In this document: positions 10,267-19,667 of the stretch, piece by piece
How positions within the stretch are numbered: the stretch's first letter is position 1
Layout: every line of letters begins with the position of its first letter
NCBI GenBank assembly: GCA_965216565.1
Contig: OZ244170.1
Span: 2,848,001 to 2,912,000, forward strand
From: Bythopirellula sp.
GTDB taxonomy: Bacteria > Planctomycetota > Planctomycetia > Pirellulales > Lacipirellulaceae
Direction of reading: 5' to 3'
DNA: 64,000 nt
Position numbers and translations under genes: made by a program
Notes under the pieces: model-generated
What the model saw: only the letters and a program-made list of their open reading frames with translations
Database searches by the model: none
What the model was told of the DNA's origin: nothing

Positions 10267-11750
10267 ACCGATTCTCTTTTTCGCTTAGCTGCAAGTCCCA
10301 GCAGTCCCACGACAAGCATCACGGTGGCCGGCGGTTCTGGCACTGAAGTAATAGAGGTCAAAGACCCCGTATATTGCGATTGCCAGACGAGATAGTCGAA
10401 ACCATTGGTGACATTGTCACCGTTGGCATCACCAAGTGCGGAATTGCCGTAGGCCGATTCCCAGATGCCCAGGTCCACGCCATCGACGTCGCCATCGGTA
10501 TCAAAATCGGCCTCGGCAAAGATCAAAGCATCGACGGCAAGTTCCAATTCGTAAAGCTGAATCGTATCGTCCAGCCCCGTAACTCGTGCAAAGTACTGCC
10601 CTGCCCCGGGAAGTTGCAAGTCGGCAATGGTCTCGATACCGCCCTGGCCGGTGGCGTTCACTGTGGCCAGCGGCGAAGTCCCGTTGGTATCGAAAATGGC
10701 CAGAACCAAATTGCTGCGTGCCGAGGCATCGAAAGCCGTTGGGGTCGAACCCACCGATCCTTGCGTGAACTGGCCGCCAAGGGGCGTTAGCGTGGCAGTT
10801 ATCGTTGCGGCGTGATCGACATCGAAGGAGTAGAAATCGGTATCCGCAAGATTGGCGAGGCTCACAAAATCGACATCGTTCGGGCCAATGGCCAACGTCG
10901 GCACATCCGCATCGCTGCCCACACTCGCTGAATTGCCACCAGCAATCAATCCAAGGGATGTTGCGTTTCCAGCAGTGCCATTGCCTTGTCCGCCGTTGGA
11001 CTTTTCGTTTGCGTCGCCAAAGTAGAACTGAATAGCGCGGACATCGTCGAGTTGGGGTCCATCAAACGAGTTATTGATAAACGGCTCCATGAGCAAATCG
11101 TCCGTTGAAGACTCCACGTGCAACACGCCGAATCCATGGCCATGCTCGTGCATGATCACATTGCGTAGTCCACGAAAATTATTGGCAGAGTTCCCAAACA
11201 ATCCATTCGTATCATCGGTATCAAGGACCATGTCACCATGATCAGGGAAATAGTTGAAGGCTAGCGTGCTGCTATTCCCGTCGATGCTCGCACCGGCGAT
11301 CCGCAGATCGCCTCGCACGCCAAGTAGACCATCGGGCGAACTACTTCCTGCATTCGCCCCATCGTCGTTGGGCTCATAAATGTAATTCGCGCCACTCAGA
11401 TCTCCCCAGCGTTGAAATGACTGTTCGATGTACTGAAACCAAGGCCGAACTTGCAGATCGTTATTGGGATTGCCGTTCGGGTCGCCGCCAAACTCTGTAT
11501 CGAAAGAGGCAATCAGATCACTGCCACCGAGATTCCCGAAGTCGTTGTTGTCGATGATCGACGTACCGTCAGGGACGATGCTCCAGGTGAGCGTCACCGG
11601 ATCGCCATTAGCACTGCGATTACCGGAGGCCGTGGAGAGCCAGTATTGCTCACCCGGGTTGATGATAAATGCAGACACCGAAGTCTTGCCGCCGAAAAAA
11701 ACGACAGCAACTGCAAGCAGGCTGAGCCCTGCCAGAATTTTTTGGTTCAT
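10263..11750 (-). CDS. Matrixin-family metalloprotease with PPC-like and dockerin-like domains and PEP-CTERM anchor
   Basis: Signal peptide (MNQKILAG...); HEHGHGFGVLH + LMEP Met-turn; DTDFYSF; ADFDTDGDVDGVD; VPEPPATVMLVVGLLGLAAKRKR. Confidence 0.85.
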   Translation of the reverse strand: MNQKILAGLSLLAVAVVFFGGKTSVSAFIINPGEQYWLSTASGNRSANGDPVTLTWSIVPDGTSIIDNNDFGNLGGSDLIASFDTEFGGDPNGNPNNDLQVRPWFQYIEQSFQRWGDLSGANYIYEPNDDGANAGSSSPDGLLGVRGDLRIAGASIDGNSSTLAFNYFPDHGDMVLDTDDTNGLFGNSANNFRGLRNVIMHEHGHGFGVLHVESSTDDLLMEPFINNSFDGPQLDDVRAIQFYFGDANEKSNGGQGNGTAGNATSLGLIAGGNSASVGSDADVPTLAIGPNDVDFVSLANLADTDFYSFDVDHAATITATLTPLGGQFTQGSVGSTPTAFDASARSNLVLAIFDTNGTSPLATVNATGQGGIETIADLQLPGAGQYFARVTGLDDTIQLYELELAVDALIFAEADFDTDGDVDGVDLGIWESAYGNSALGDANGDNVTNGFDYLVWQSQYTGSLTSITSVPEPPATVMLVVGLLGLAAKRKRESV

Positions 11751-11937
11751 GATAAGCCTCTCTGTTCCGCCTTCCATTTTAGCCGCAAATCGAAAAATTG
11801 CACAACAGAAAGGCAGGATCGCAGATCTAAGCAGGCTGAATAATCGGATCTATCCGAGCGATGTACGCCCAGGCGAGTATGAGAGCCACAATCCCGTGCT
11901 AGTAGAACGTTTCCGGCTATTCGCTGAAGGCGGCGAA

Positions 11938-11992
11938 TAGCTGGAGGCACACCTGCCTCCGGAGTCGACGGACCGCGTGGCGGTCCGGGTAG
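11938..11992. repeat. REP-like double-hairpin element, family A, copy 1
   Basis: TAGCTGGAGGCACACCTGCCTCCGGA...CGGACCGCGTGGCGGTCCGG; near-identical copy at 35655-35710. Confidence 0.8.
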
Positions 11993-12025
11993 CTACGATC
12001 CTGGTTGCAGAGCTACCAGCAAGCA

Positions 12026-12643
12026 CTAGCCTCGCTCAGTTTCGAATCCCGCTAGCTCCAGTGCTCGCTGATAGTCGTCGGGGCGATTGACATTCAGCAG
12101 GCTGAGTAATTCGGGATCGACTCCGCGAAGCTGCTCCACTTCGACCTCAAGAGTGTTGCAGTGCTCAAACAACTGGTTGAGTGCGAATTCTTCCGCCGCG
12201 AGTTGCAATTCGATTATCGGAACAACTCGGCGATGATAAACGGCCGACAGAGGGAAAGAGAATTCCTTTTGCCTAGGCACCACCACATCGTGACCTTCGA
12301 GTAATGAAAACAGAGAGTCCATCCATTTCGGCACGAGCAATGGCGTGTCGCAGCCTGTAATATACGCAACTTGAAGATCCTCCCTAGCCTCAAGCCCACA
12401 GCGCACCCCTTCCAAGGGCCCGCTAGCTTCATGCTCATCGAAGGCAATCGAGACGCCGGCGGGCAATGGTGGCAGGGACTGCTGTGCGGAGGCAACCACA
12501 ACCAGATTTTCTTCGCCCACTTCCTCCCCCACTAGCCGAACCATTCGCTCTAACATTGTCTCGGAGCCAAAGGGCAACAGGGCCTTGTCGACGCCCATTC
12601 GTGCCGACTTTCCGCCACAAAGTATGATGCCACCGCGTTTCAT
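12026..12643 (-). CDS. mobA: Molybdenum cofactor guanylyltransferase
   Basis: GIILCGGKSARMGVDKALL, GPLEG, CDTPL, PLSAVY, NVNRPDD. Confidence 0.9.
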   Translation of the reverse strand: MKRGGIILCGGKSARMGVDKALLPFGSETMLERMVRLVGEEVGEENLVVVASAQQSLPPLPAGVSIAFDEHEASGPLEGVRCGLEAREDLQVAYITGCDTPLLVPKWMDSLFSLLEGHDVVVPRQKEFSFPLSAVYHRRVVPIIELQLAAEEFALNQLFEHCNTLEVEVEQLRGVDPELLSLLNVNRPDDYQRALELAGFETERG

Positions 12644-12716
12644 TGGGTCGTTTCAGATGTTAGGCTGACTGTTGCGCTGGAATTGATGGCGAAGACATTC
12701 CCCCAAGATACTCGAT

Positions 12717-13553
12717 ATGACTCTCACACTCACCCGCAAAGCCGAACAAACAGCCCCAACCAGGCTGCCCATCGATGCTAGTGATCTGCTCCCGGAGTTG
12801 CTCGCCCCGCTATCCCCAGCCGAGATTAAGCAGATCGCAATCGCAGTTGGAAACCAGTCCGTTTCGCTGGAAAAGTTGTTTGATATGTCTGGTGACCCAA
12901 GCGATTTTCGTTTGGAATTGCACGGCGATCTATCCAACCTGCAGTGCTTGGGAGCGCGCATGAGCCGGGGAGAGATCGTCGCTCATAGTCAGGTGGGAAT
13001 TCACGCGGGTAGCCGGATGACCGGTGGAGAACTAACCATTCGCGGTGATGCTGGCGACTGGCTGGGCGTAGAAATGCGTGGCGGGTTGATCCATGTGCTC
13101 GGGAACGCGGGAAACCGCGTCGGCGGAGCTTACCCTGGTTCACTAAAGGGCATGAACGGGGGGACAATTTTCATCGAAGGCAATTGTGGCAATGAAACGG
13201 GCCTGCGGATGCGACGAGGCACAATCGCGATTGCGGGCGATGTGGGAACCATGCCAGGACGTAGAATGCACGCTGGCACATTGCTGGCTGCAGGAGCCTG
13301 CGGCAACTATCCAGGCTGGGGCATGAAACGCGGAACACTGATACTCTTGGGGCACGACCCCGCCAATCTACCCTCCGCGTTTGCCTACGACTGCCATTGT
13401 GCCCCAACGGTCTTGCAGCTCATTCAGCGGAAGCTCTCCGCCCTCGGATTCTCTTTCAATGGCGGCCAACTATTGGGGAATATGCTGCAGTACAGTGGCG
13501 ATCTCAATGAGTTGGGAAAAGGCGAGATATTTGTGCCGGCTATCGCAAAGTAG
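12717..13553 (+). CDS. fhcC: Formyltransferase/hydrolase complex (formylmethanofuran dehydrogenase-like) subunit C
   Basis: GXGXG beta-helix repeats (GARMSRGEI, GSRMTGGEL, GVEMRGGLI, GMNGGTI, GLRMRRGTI); C-terminal GDLNELGKGEI. Confidence 0.9.
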   Translation: MTLTLTRKAEQTAPTRLPIDASDLLPELLAPLSPAEIKQIAIAVGNQSVSLEKLFDMSGDPSDFRLELHGDLSNLQCLGARMSRGEIVAHSQVGIHAGSRMTGGELTIRGDAGDWLGVEMRGGLIHVLGNAGNRVGGAYPGSLKGMNGGTIFIEGNCGNETGLRMRRGTIAIAGDVGTMPGRRMHAGTLLAAGACGNYPGWGMKRGTLILLGHDPANLPSAFAYDCHCAPTVLQLIQRKLSALGFSFNGGQLLGNMLQYSGDLNELGKGEIFVPAIAK

Positions 13554-13684
13554 CCAGCCACATTACGTCTCTCGAATAGCGGAATTCGGGTCGTGGTTGG
13601 CAGGCAGTTGAGCAGATAGAATAGTGTTCGGCTCAGAAGTAATAGAACGCTCAAGCTTGAATCCAATCCCTCAGCGAGTAATCG

Positions 13685-14932
13685 ATGTCACAAATTGTGG
13701 AGGATCTGACTTGCTCGCAATGTGGCTGCGTTTGCGACGACTTGATCGCTGAGGTCCAGGACAACCAAATTATTCGCGTCGAAAATGGCTGTTCGATTGC
13801 TAAAGATTGGCTGGTTCGGCAAAGAGGCGACAATTCGTGCGAGGCTCTGCTGGATGGCAAAGAGGCCTCGTTATCAGATGCGATAGCCGCGGCTGGTGGG
13901 CTGCTCTCCAAGTGCCAGGCTCCACTCGTCCTGGGACCCTCGACTGGTAGCACCGAATCGCAACGAGCTGCGATTGAACTTGCTGAGCATATCGGTGGAA
14001 CGTTCGACCCCGGGTGTTCAACACTGCACCGGGCAGGCACGGCTGCTCTTCAGCAAGTGGGACTGAGTACCGCCACGTTGGGGGAGATCAAAAACCGGGC
14101 TGATCTAGTCCTCTTCTGGCGCTCTGATCCGGCAATTACACACCCTCGCTTTGTGGAACGCTTTGTCGACAGTTCCGGGACCTTTGTGCCCCAGGGCCGT
14201 CATGATCGCCAAGTAATAGTCATCGATGATCAGCGTACAACGACTGCAGACCTGGCAGACCAATACCTAGAACTAAATCAGCCAAATGACCTAGATTTGA
14301 TTGGCCGCTTGCGTGCTGCACTTCGAGACAAGCCTATTGCAGCACATGCAGGCAACGATGAAATCGTTTCAAAGCTGGCAGCCGATCTGAAGAAATCCCG
14401 CTACGCGGCGCTCCTATTCGGAGCCAACTTCCTATCAGGCGAAATCGCCAGTGCAGCAACCGAGGCGCTCTTCCAATTGGTGGCGGAGCTAAACTCACAC
14501 ACGCGCTGCATTGCCGCTGCTATGGGTGGACCCAATCCCGATGAGGTGCTCACCTGGCAAACTGGCTATCCGCTGGCAGTAAACTTTGCTCAGGGTTTTC
14601 CTCGCTATAATGCGGAAGAATTTTCTGCTGATCGGTTGCTCTCACGCGGCGAAGTCGACGCTGTAATTTCGATTGGCGGCGATGCTATGGAATCTCTAGG
14701 CGAGAAAGCGAAAAAGCGACTCGCCCAGCTGCCAGTGGTTTCGATTGGCTCTCCAGAGGAGTTTTTTGGCTCGGCGCAAGTGTCAATCGGCACGGGCGTG
14801 GATGGCATTCACTACAGCGGTAGCATATTCAGAATGGACGACGTCGCCCTGCCCTTAAAAGCCCTGCTCGATACCGCATTACCCAGCCAGGCTAGCATTC
14901 TCCGACAGTTGAAAGAGGCCTGCCAAAAATGA
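13685..14932 (+). CDS. fhcB: Formyltransferase/hydrolase complex (formylmethanofuran dehydrogenase-like) subunit B
   Basis: CSQCGCVCDD, TLGEIKNRADLVLFWRSDP..THPR, WQTGYPLAVNF, GIHYSGSIFRMDDVALPL. Confidence 0.9.
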   Translation: MSQIVEDLTCSQCGCVCDDLIAEVQDNQIIRVENGCSIAKDWLVRQRGDNSCEALLDGKEASLSDAIAAAGGLLSKCQAPLVLGPSTGSTESQRAAIELAEHIGGTFDPGCSTLHRAGTAALQQVGLSTATLGEIKNRADLVLFWRSDPAITHPRFVERFVDSSGTFVPQGRHDRQVIVIDDQRTTTADLADQYLELNQPNDLDLIGRLRAALRDKPIAAHAGNDEIVSKLAADLKKSRYAALLFGANFLSGEIASAATEALFQLVAELNSHTRCIAAAMGGPNPDEVLTWQTGYPLAVNFAQGFPRYNAEEFSADRLLSRGEVDAVISIGGDAMESLGEKAKKRLAQLPVVSIGSPEEFFGSAQVSIGTGVDGIHYSGSIFRMDDVALPLKALLDTALPSQASILRQLKEACQK

Positions 14933-16158
14933 AGTTCTATCGTCGATTGTTGTGGACCCTAGCAGGTGTGCTTTGCTTGATTGCTCCCGCGTCGGGCAAG
15001 AATACGCCTGGCATGCAATCGAAACCACCGCAGGATGGGCGAAGCGTCGAAACCAAGCAGGGGTTCATGATTCCCTACGAGCAAACAATCCCTGGCACGG
15101 ACGTAACGTTCGAAATGGTGCCGGTCCCTGCCGGGACGTTCCTGTTGGGAAGCCCACCCGACGAGCCGCATCGAGAAAGCGATGAAGGCCCACAGGTGAA
15201 AGTCGACGTTTCGGCATTCTGGATAGGCAAGTGCGAGGTGACCTGGGCTGAGTATCGGGCGTATATGGATACTTACGATGCCTTCAAAAGGCTGGGGAGC
15301 CTGAGGGGGGATTCGAAAAAACTGCGGGACCTGGCAGCAACCCGCAAGTACCTCGAATCAGAATCGGTCGAGGTCGATGGGGTAACATCGCCCACGCCGC
15401 TCTACGATCCAAGCTTTACCTACTACCCAGGAGAAGATCCCGAACAACCTGCCGTCACGATGACGCAGTTCGCCGCTAAGCAATACACGAAGTGGCTGAG
15501 TGGGATTACGGGCGAACAGTATCGTCTACCCACCGAAGCTGAGTGGGAATTTGCCGCGCGGGCAGGTTCGAATGCTGCCTTTTGTTTCGGTAACGATGTC
15601 AGTGAATTGTCACACTATGCCTGGTACGAGGAAAACTCCGACGACGAAACCCACCCCGTCGGAAAAAAGAAGCCCAATGCCTGGGGACTGTTCGACATGC
15701 ATGGAAACGCAGCCGAATGGGTATTGGATGAGTACCGCAAGGAGCATTACGCCAAGCTGGACCAAAACGGCGTCACATCCAGTTCGGCGGTCGCATGGCC
15801 CGAGAAGCTATTTCCGCGTGTCATTCGCGGTGGCTGTTGGTTCGATGGCTCGGCACCCTGTCGCTCCGCAGCACGCCATCAATCGGACGATCCGAACTGG
15901 AATCTGTCGGATCCCAACATCCCCAAGAGCCCCTGGTGGTTTACGGAAGATCCCTCCACGGGCGTGGGACTGCGCATCGTGCGGCCACTAGATCCCATGG
16001 ACGAGGCCACCTGCAAGAAGGTTTGGGATGCGGATATTGAATGGATCGAGCAGGATATCGCCGACCGGTTGGACGAAGGTCGCGGAACGATCAGGGGTGC
16101 TGACAAACGGCTTCCAGCGGCTATCTCAGAACTGGAAGCAGCCGGGCTAATTGATTAG
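14929..16158 (+). CDS. Secreted formylglycine-generating enzyme (FGE-sulfatase) family protein
   Basis: Signal peptide; GTFLLGSP, EVTWAEY, YRLPTEAEWEFAARAG, PNAWGLFDMHGNAAEW, VIRGG. Confidence 0.88.
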   Translation: MKFYRRLLWTLAGVLCLIAPASGKNTPGMQSKPPQDGRSVETKQGFMIPYEQTIPGTDVTFEMVPVPAGTFLLGSPPDEPHRESDEGPQVKVDVSAFWIGKCEVTWAEYRAYMDTYDAFKRLGSLRGDSKKLRDLAATRKYLESESVEVDGVTSPTPLYDPSFTYYPGEDPEQPAVTMTQFAAKQYTKWLSGITGEQYRLPTEAEWEFAARAGSNAAFCFGNDVSELSHYAWYEENSDDETHPVGKKKPNAWGLFDMHGNAAEWVLDEYRKEHYAKLDQNGVTSSSAVAWPEKLFPRVIRGGCWFDGSAPCRSAARHQSDDPNWNLSDPNIPKSPWWFTEDPSTGVGLRIVRPLDPMDEATCKKVWDADIEWIEQDIADRLDEGRGTIRGADKRLPAAISELEAAGLID

Positions 16159-16218
16159 CAGAGAATCGCCAGATAGACTCTTAATCGGGATACGACACTT
16201 TAATCACATGAGACTACG

Positions 16219-17610
16219 ATGAGCACAGAAAACGACCGCCCTCTGAATGGCACTGCTGATTCTCAATCTCGCCGTCAGTTTCTGGGCAAGACTTCGGCAC
16301 TAGCGGCAAGCGGTGCCGCGATTTCTCTAGCGATGGACATCCCGGCTAATGCTTTTGTGTCTGGCAGCGACGAGATCAAGATTGCTCTCATCGGTTGCGG
16401 GGGCCGGGGCAGTCTGGCGGCGACCCAGGCACTGCGGACCCCAGGCAAAGTCACCTTGTGGGCGATGGCAGATGCCTTTTCCAAACGAATCGAAGAATCA
16501 CAGAAAAAAATCCGCCGCTCGTTGGATCGCGAAGGAATGGGCCAGTCGGATCACAAGCTGGAAGAGGCCATCCAGGTTTCTCCCGAGCGTGAGTTTGCCG
16601 GCCTCGATGCCTATCAGCAAGCGATCGATAGTGGGGTCGATGTGGTGGTGCATGCCACGCCACCCGGCTTTCGGCCTCTGCATGTAGAAGCTGCCATCCA
16701 AGCCGGCAAACATGTTTTCACTGAGAAACCACTTGCCGTGGACGCCCCGGGAGTGCGTCGCCTGCTCGCCGCGGGTGAGCTGGCCAAGGAAAAAGGGCTA
16801 GCTGTAGGCGTCGGCTTGCAACGGCGTCACGAGAAGCCCTATTTAGAGACGATCAAGCGGATTCAAGACGGGGCGATTGGCGATGTCTTGCTTACTCGGG
16901 TGTATTGGAATGGTGGCGGAGTTTGGGTGAGGACCAAGGCCGACTTCAAAAATACCTACGGGCACGAACCCACCGAAATGGAGTACCAGGTCAACAATTG
17001 GTACTACTTCAATTGGCTGTGTGGTGACCACATTGTCGAACAGCATATCCACAATATCGATGTCAGCAACTGGATTAAAGGTGCCTATCCCGCCGAAGCT
17101 AAGGGCATGGGTGGGCGCGAGGTGCGGACCGGCAAACAGTTCGGCCAGATCTTTGATCATCACATGGTGGAGTACACCTATCCGGACGGCAGTACCATGC
17201 TCAGCCAATGCCGGCACCAGAGAGGTTGTTGGAGCCAGGTGGGCGAATTCGCCAACGGCACGAAGGGGAACGCCGACTTACGTGGCAACAAGATCACATC
17301 GCCCAACGGAAATTGGAAATACGAAGGCCCCCCGGTCGACCCATATCAGCAAGAGCATGATGACCTGTTCGCTGCCATCCGCACGGGCCAGCCTTACAAC
17401 GAAATGGAATATGGGGCGAAGAGTACGCTCACGTGCATCATGGGTCGCATGGCAACCTACGGCGGCAAAGTGGTGAAGTGGGACGAAGCGATGAATTCCG
17501 AAATCGATCTGTCACCCGCCAAGTACGACTTCGCCGCCGATCCCCCCGTGCTAGCCGGCGACGACGGTTTCTACCCCGTGCCTGTCCCAGGAAAGACCAA
17601 AGTCGTCTAA
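16219..17610 (+). CDS. Tat-exported Gfo/Idh/MocA family oxidoreductase
   Basis: Tat motif SRRQFL; IALIGCGGRG; ATPPGFRPLH; HVFTEKP; EQHIHNID. Confidence 0.9.
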   Translation: MSTENDRPLNGTADSQSRRQFLGKTSALAASGAAISLAMDIPANAFVSGSDEIKIALIGCGGRGSLAATQALRTPGKVTLWAMADAFSKRIEESQKKIRRSLDREGMGQSDHKLEEAIQVSPEREFAGLDAYQQAIDSGVDVVVHATPPGFRPLHVEAAIQAGKHVFTEKPLAVDAPGVRRLLAAGELAKEKGLAVGVGLQRRHEKPYLETIKRIQDGAIGDVLLTRVYWNGGGVWVRTKADFKNTYGHEPTEMEYQVNNWYYFNWLCGDHIVEQHIHNIDVSNWIKGAYPAEAKGMGGREVRTGKQFGQIFDHHMVEYTYPDGSTMLSQCRHQRGCWSQVGEFANGTKGNADLRGNKITSPNGNWKYEGPPVDPYQQEHDDLFAAIRTGQPYNEMEYGAKSTLTCIMGRMATYGGKVVKWDEAMNSEIDLSPAKYDFAADPPVLAGDDGFYPVPVPGKTKVV

Positions 17611-17643
17611 CGGCTTGCGTCGTCCTGCATAGATCCCTTGCCC

Positions 17644-18108
17644 ATGCTTCACACAATCGATCACGTGAATCTGGTAGTCCGCGACTTGGCGCAGATGACT
17701 GCGTTCTACGTGGAAGTCTTGGGGCTGAAGGTCACCAAGGAAGTCACGATTTCTGGTGCGTGGATCGATGACGTTGTGGGGCTGGAGGACGTTCAAGCAG
17801 ACGTGGTGTACCTCGATTTGGAAGCGGGACCACGCATCGAACTGATCTATTACCACTGCCCTGAAAGCCCCAATCTCGCGCAGGAAAACACCGCCCACTT
17901 GCCAGGGATTCGTCATCTGGCATTTCGAGTGGACGACATCGACGCCATATTCGAGCGGCTTCGAAACGCCGGAACCGAGTTTCAAAGCGAAGTGAGCTCA
18001 GTTCCCACAACCCAGGTGCAGTATGCGGGCGACGTACGCAAACGGCTCGTCTACTTCCGAGATCCGGAAAACAACATCTTAGAATTGTGTGAGTATCGTT
18101 CCGAATAG
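17644..18108 (+). CDS. VOC/glyoxalase family protein
   Basis: IDHVNLVVRDL...FYVEVLGL, IELI, HLAFRVDDID, YFRDPENNILEL. Confidence 0.88.
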   Translation: MLHTIDHVNLVVRDLAQMTAFYVEVLGLKVTKEVTISGAWIDDVVGLEDVQADVVYLDLEAGPRIELIYYHCPESPNLAQENTAHLPGIRHLAFRVDDIDAIFERLRNAGTEFQSEVSSVPTTQVQYAGDVRKRLVYFRDPENNILELCEYRSE

Positions 18109-18272
18109 CGATCGCACTAGAGCGACCGAAACTAGGGACTGAGAATCTGCCTGGCCCTCTGATAGACTAAAGCAAGTGCAAAGTTAGCCCTGCCCAAAAC
18201 AGGCCCATTCTTCGTTTTTTTACATCGGCGCCATGTTTTGCAGGGTAAACTCACATCCCTAGCCGAGGGTGG

Positions 18273-18372
18273 CAACTAGATCTTGTGTGACAAAAAATAA
18301 CGCACACAATTTGAGTTTTCTGGATTTCTCAAATTTGTATCGAGGGTTTTCTTCCTGCACAACATCTTGTGT
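18273..18372. promoter_or_regulatory. Two NrdR-box-like 16-bp palindromes
   Basis: CAACTAGATCTTGTGT (18273-18288) and GCACAACATCTTGTGT (18357-18372) resemble the NrdR consensus acaCwAtATaTwGtgt. Confidence 0.45.
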
Positions 18373-18809
18373 AGAAATGTGAAGCAATCGGATTCCGAGT
18401 GGCTCAAGAACAGAGGCTTGACTTTCGACGCGCGATGATTCTAGAGATCACCTTTAGAAATTAACGTAGTTGCAAATCGACTTCGAGCTACCGGCTGAGG
18501 ATCGACGGCCCAACGCGAGATTGATCTGGCGGATGAAGCTAAGCGCAGTTGGCCTGGATTTTATTCTGGCGTGATGACGATGCCACCCCACGCACGAAGC
18601 TTCCAGCCGACTATATATGAATAGGTTCCCAAAATACTTGATTCGCCTTAAAACCAGACCTACAATCTGGGTTAACCGCACATGTGGGTGCATCCGCTTC
18701 GTCCGATAACGGGCAATCATATTCACTCACTCGCGGAGTTTTGGGAACAGAACCGTTCATTCCAAGTTTATCTCAAGGCGTGTGCCTACTCTCTAGAAGG
18801 GACGAGCTA

Positions 18810-19355
18810 ATGAAAACGTCTTTGATGACAATTCTCTTGGTTTGCTCCGTTTCGGCCCAATCAGCCAACGCCGATATCGTGTTTAACGTGGAACCTCGCG
18901 CCTTGGTCGGCGGATACGAAATTGCAGGCGGTACCATCAGGACGGATATGGCAGCCACTACCATCACAGCATGGAATGTCGAGGTGACTGGCCCGGTTCC
19001 TTACACGTTTTCTTCCGCTACATCGCCGGGAGCTGCTCTTAAACTTGGATTTGTTCTCTCACCTACGCAAATAACATTCAATTCCGGTGTGCTTGGATTA
19101 GACGCAGGTTTCGTTGCATCTGACAACACAGATCCTGATTGTTCGAGATGCATGCAGCTCCTTGAATAAAATACCGGTGGCTCTCTCCAATACTTGCATT
19201 TTGACCTCGAAGATCCGACTCCTAGCGCTTTCATAGGTACTGGAATCCCGACAGGATCAATCCTGATAGCCGCGGCCGTTCCAGAGCCGTCGTCTTTCGT
19301 ATTGCTTGCCTTCGCCACTTTCTTCGGCATCGGCAAGCGCGGACAACGAATCTAG
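18810..19355 (+). pseudogene. PEP-CTERM surface protein interrupted by an in-frame TAA (19167-19169)
   Basis: Signal peptide MKTSLMTILLVCSVSAQSANA. The same frame continues past TAA to ...AAAVPEPSSFVLLAFATFFGIGKRGQRI-TAG. Confidence 0.8.
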
Positions 19356-19667
19356 CTGACTTTTTTATTTCTGCCCCCTGTACGGAACGATTTGCACACT
19401 GGATTTTTTTTAAACAGCTAGACGCAGCGTCGCAATTGCGTCGCTGGCGGGAACCACCGAACGAAGCTGCGATCCGCGGCGATCTGCTGTCTGCCACTTC
19501 TGAAGAGAGCGAACTGGGTAAAGTGCGTGTGCCTCAGGTCATGTTCGCCAAGCCAACGCGCAACGACCGTTACAACCGAAACGATCGGCACTCGGCGTGA
19601 GCTATACTTTCTACAGCCGACTCCGGTCTTCTCTTCTTACTCACTCTTCGCTTTCGGGGACAATTCT

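Noticed and set aside
14929..16158. Active formylglycine-generating enzyme
   Set aside because: Lacks the canonical GGSFLC-x4-C catalytic arrangement; treated as an FGE-fold protein only.
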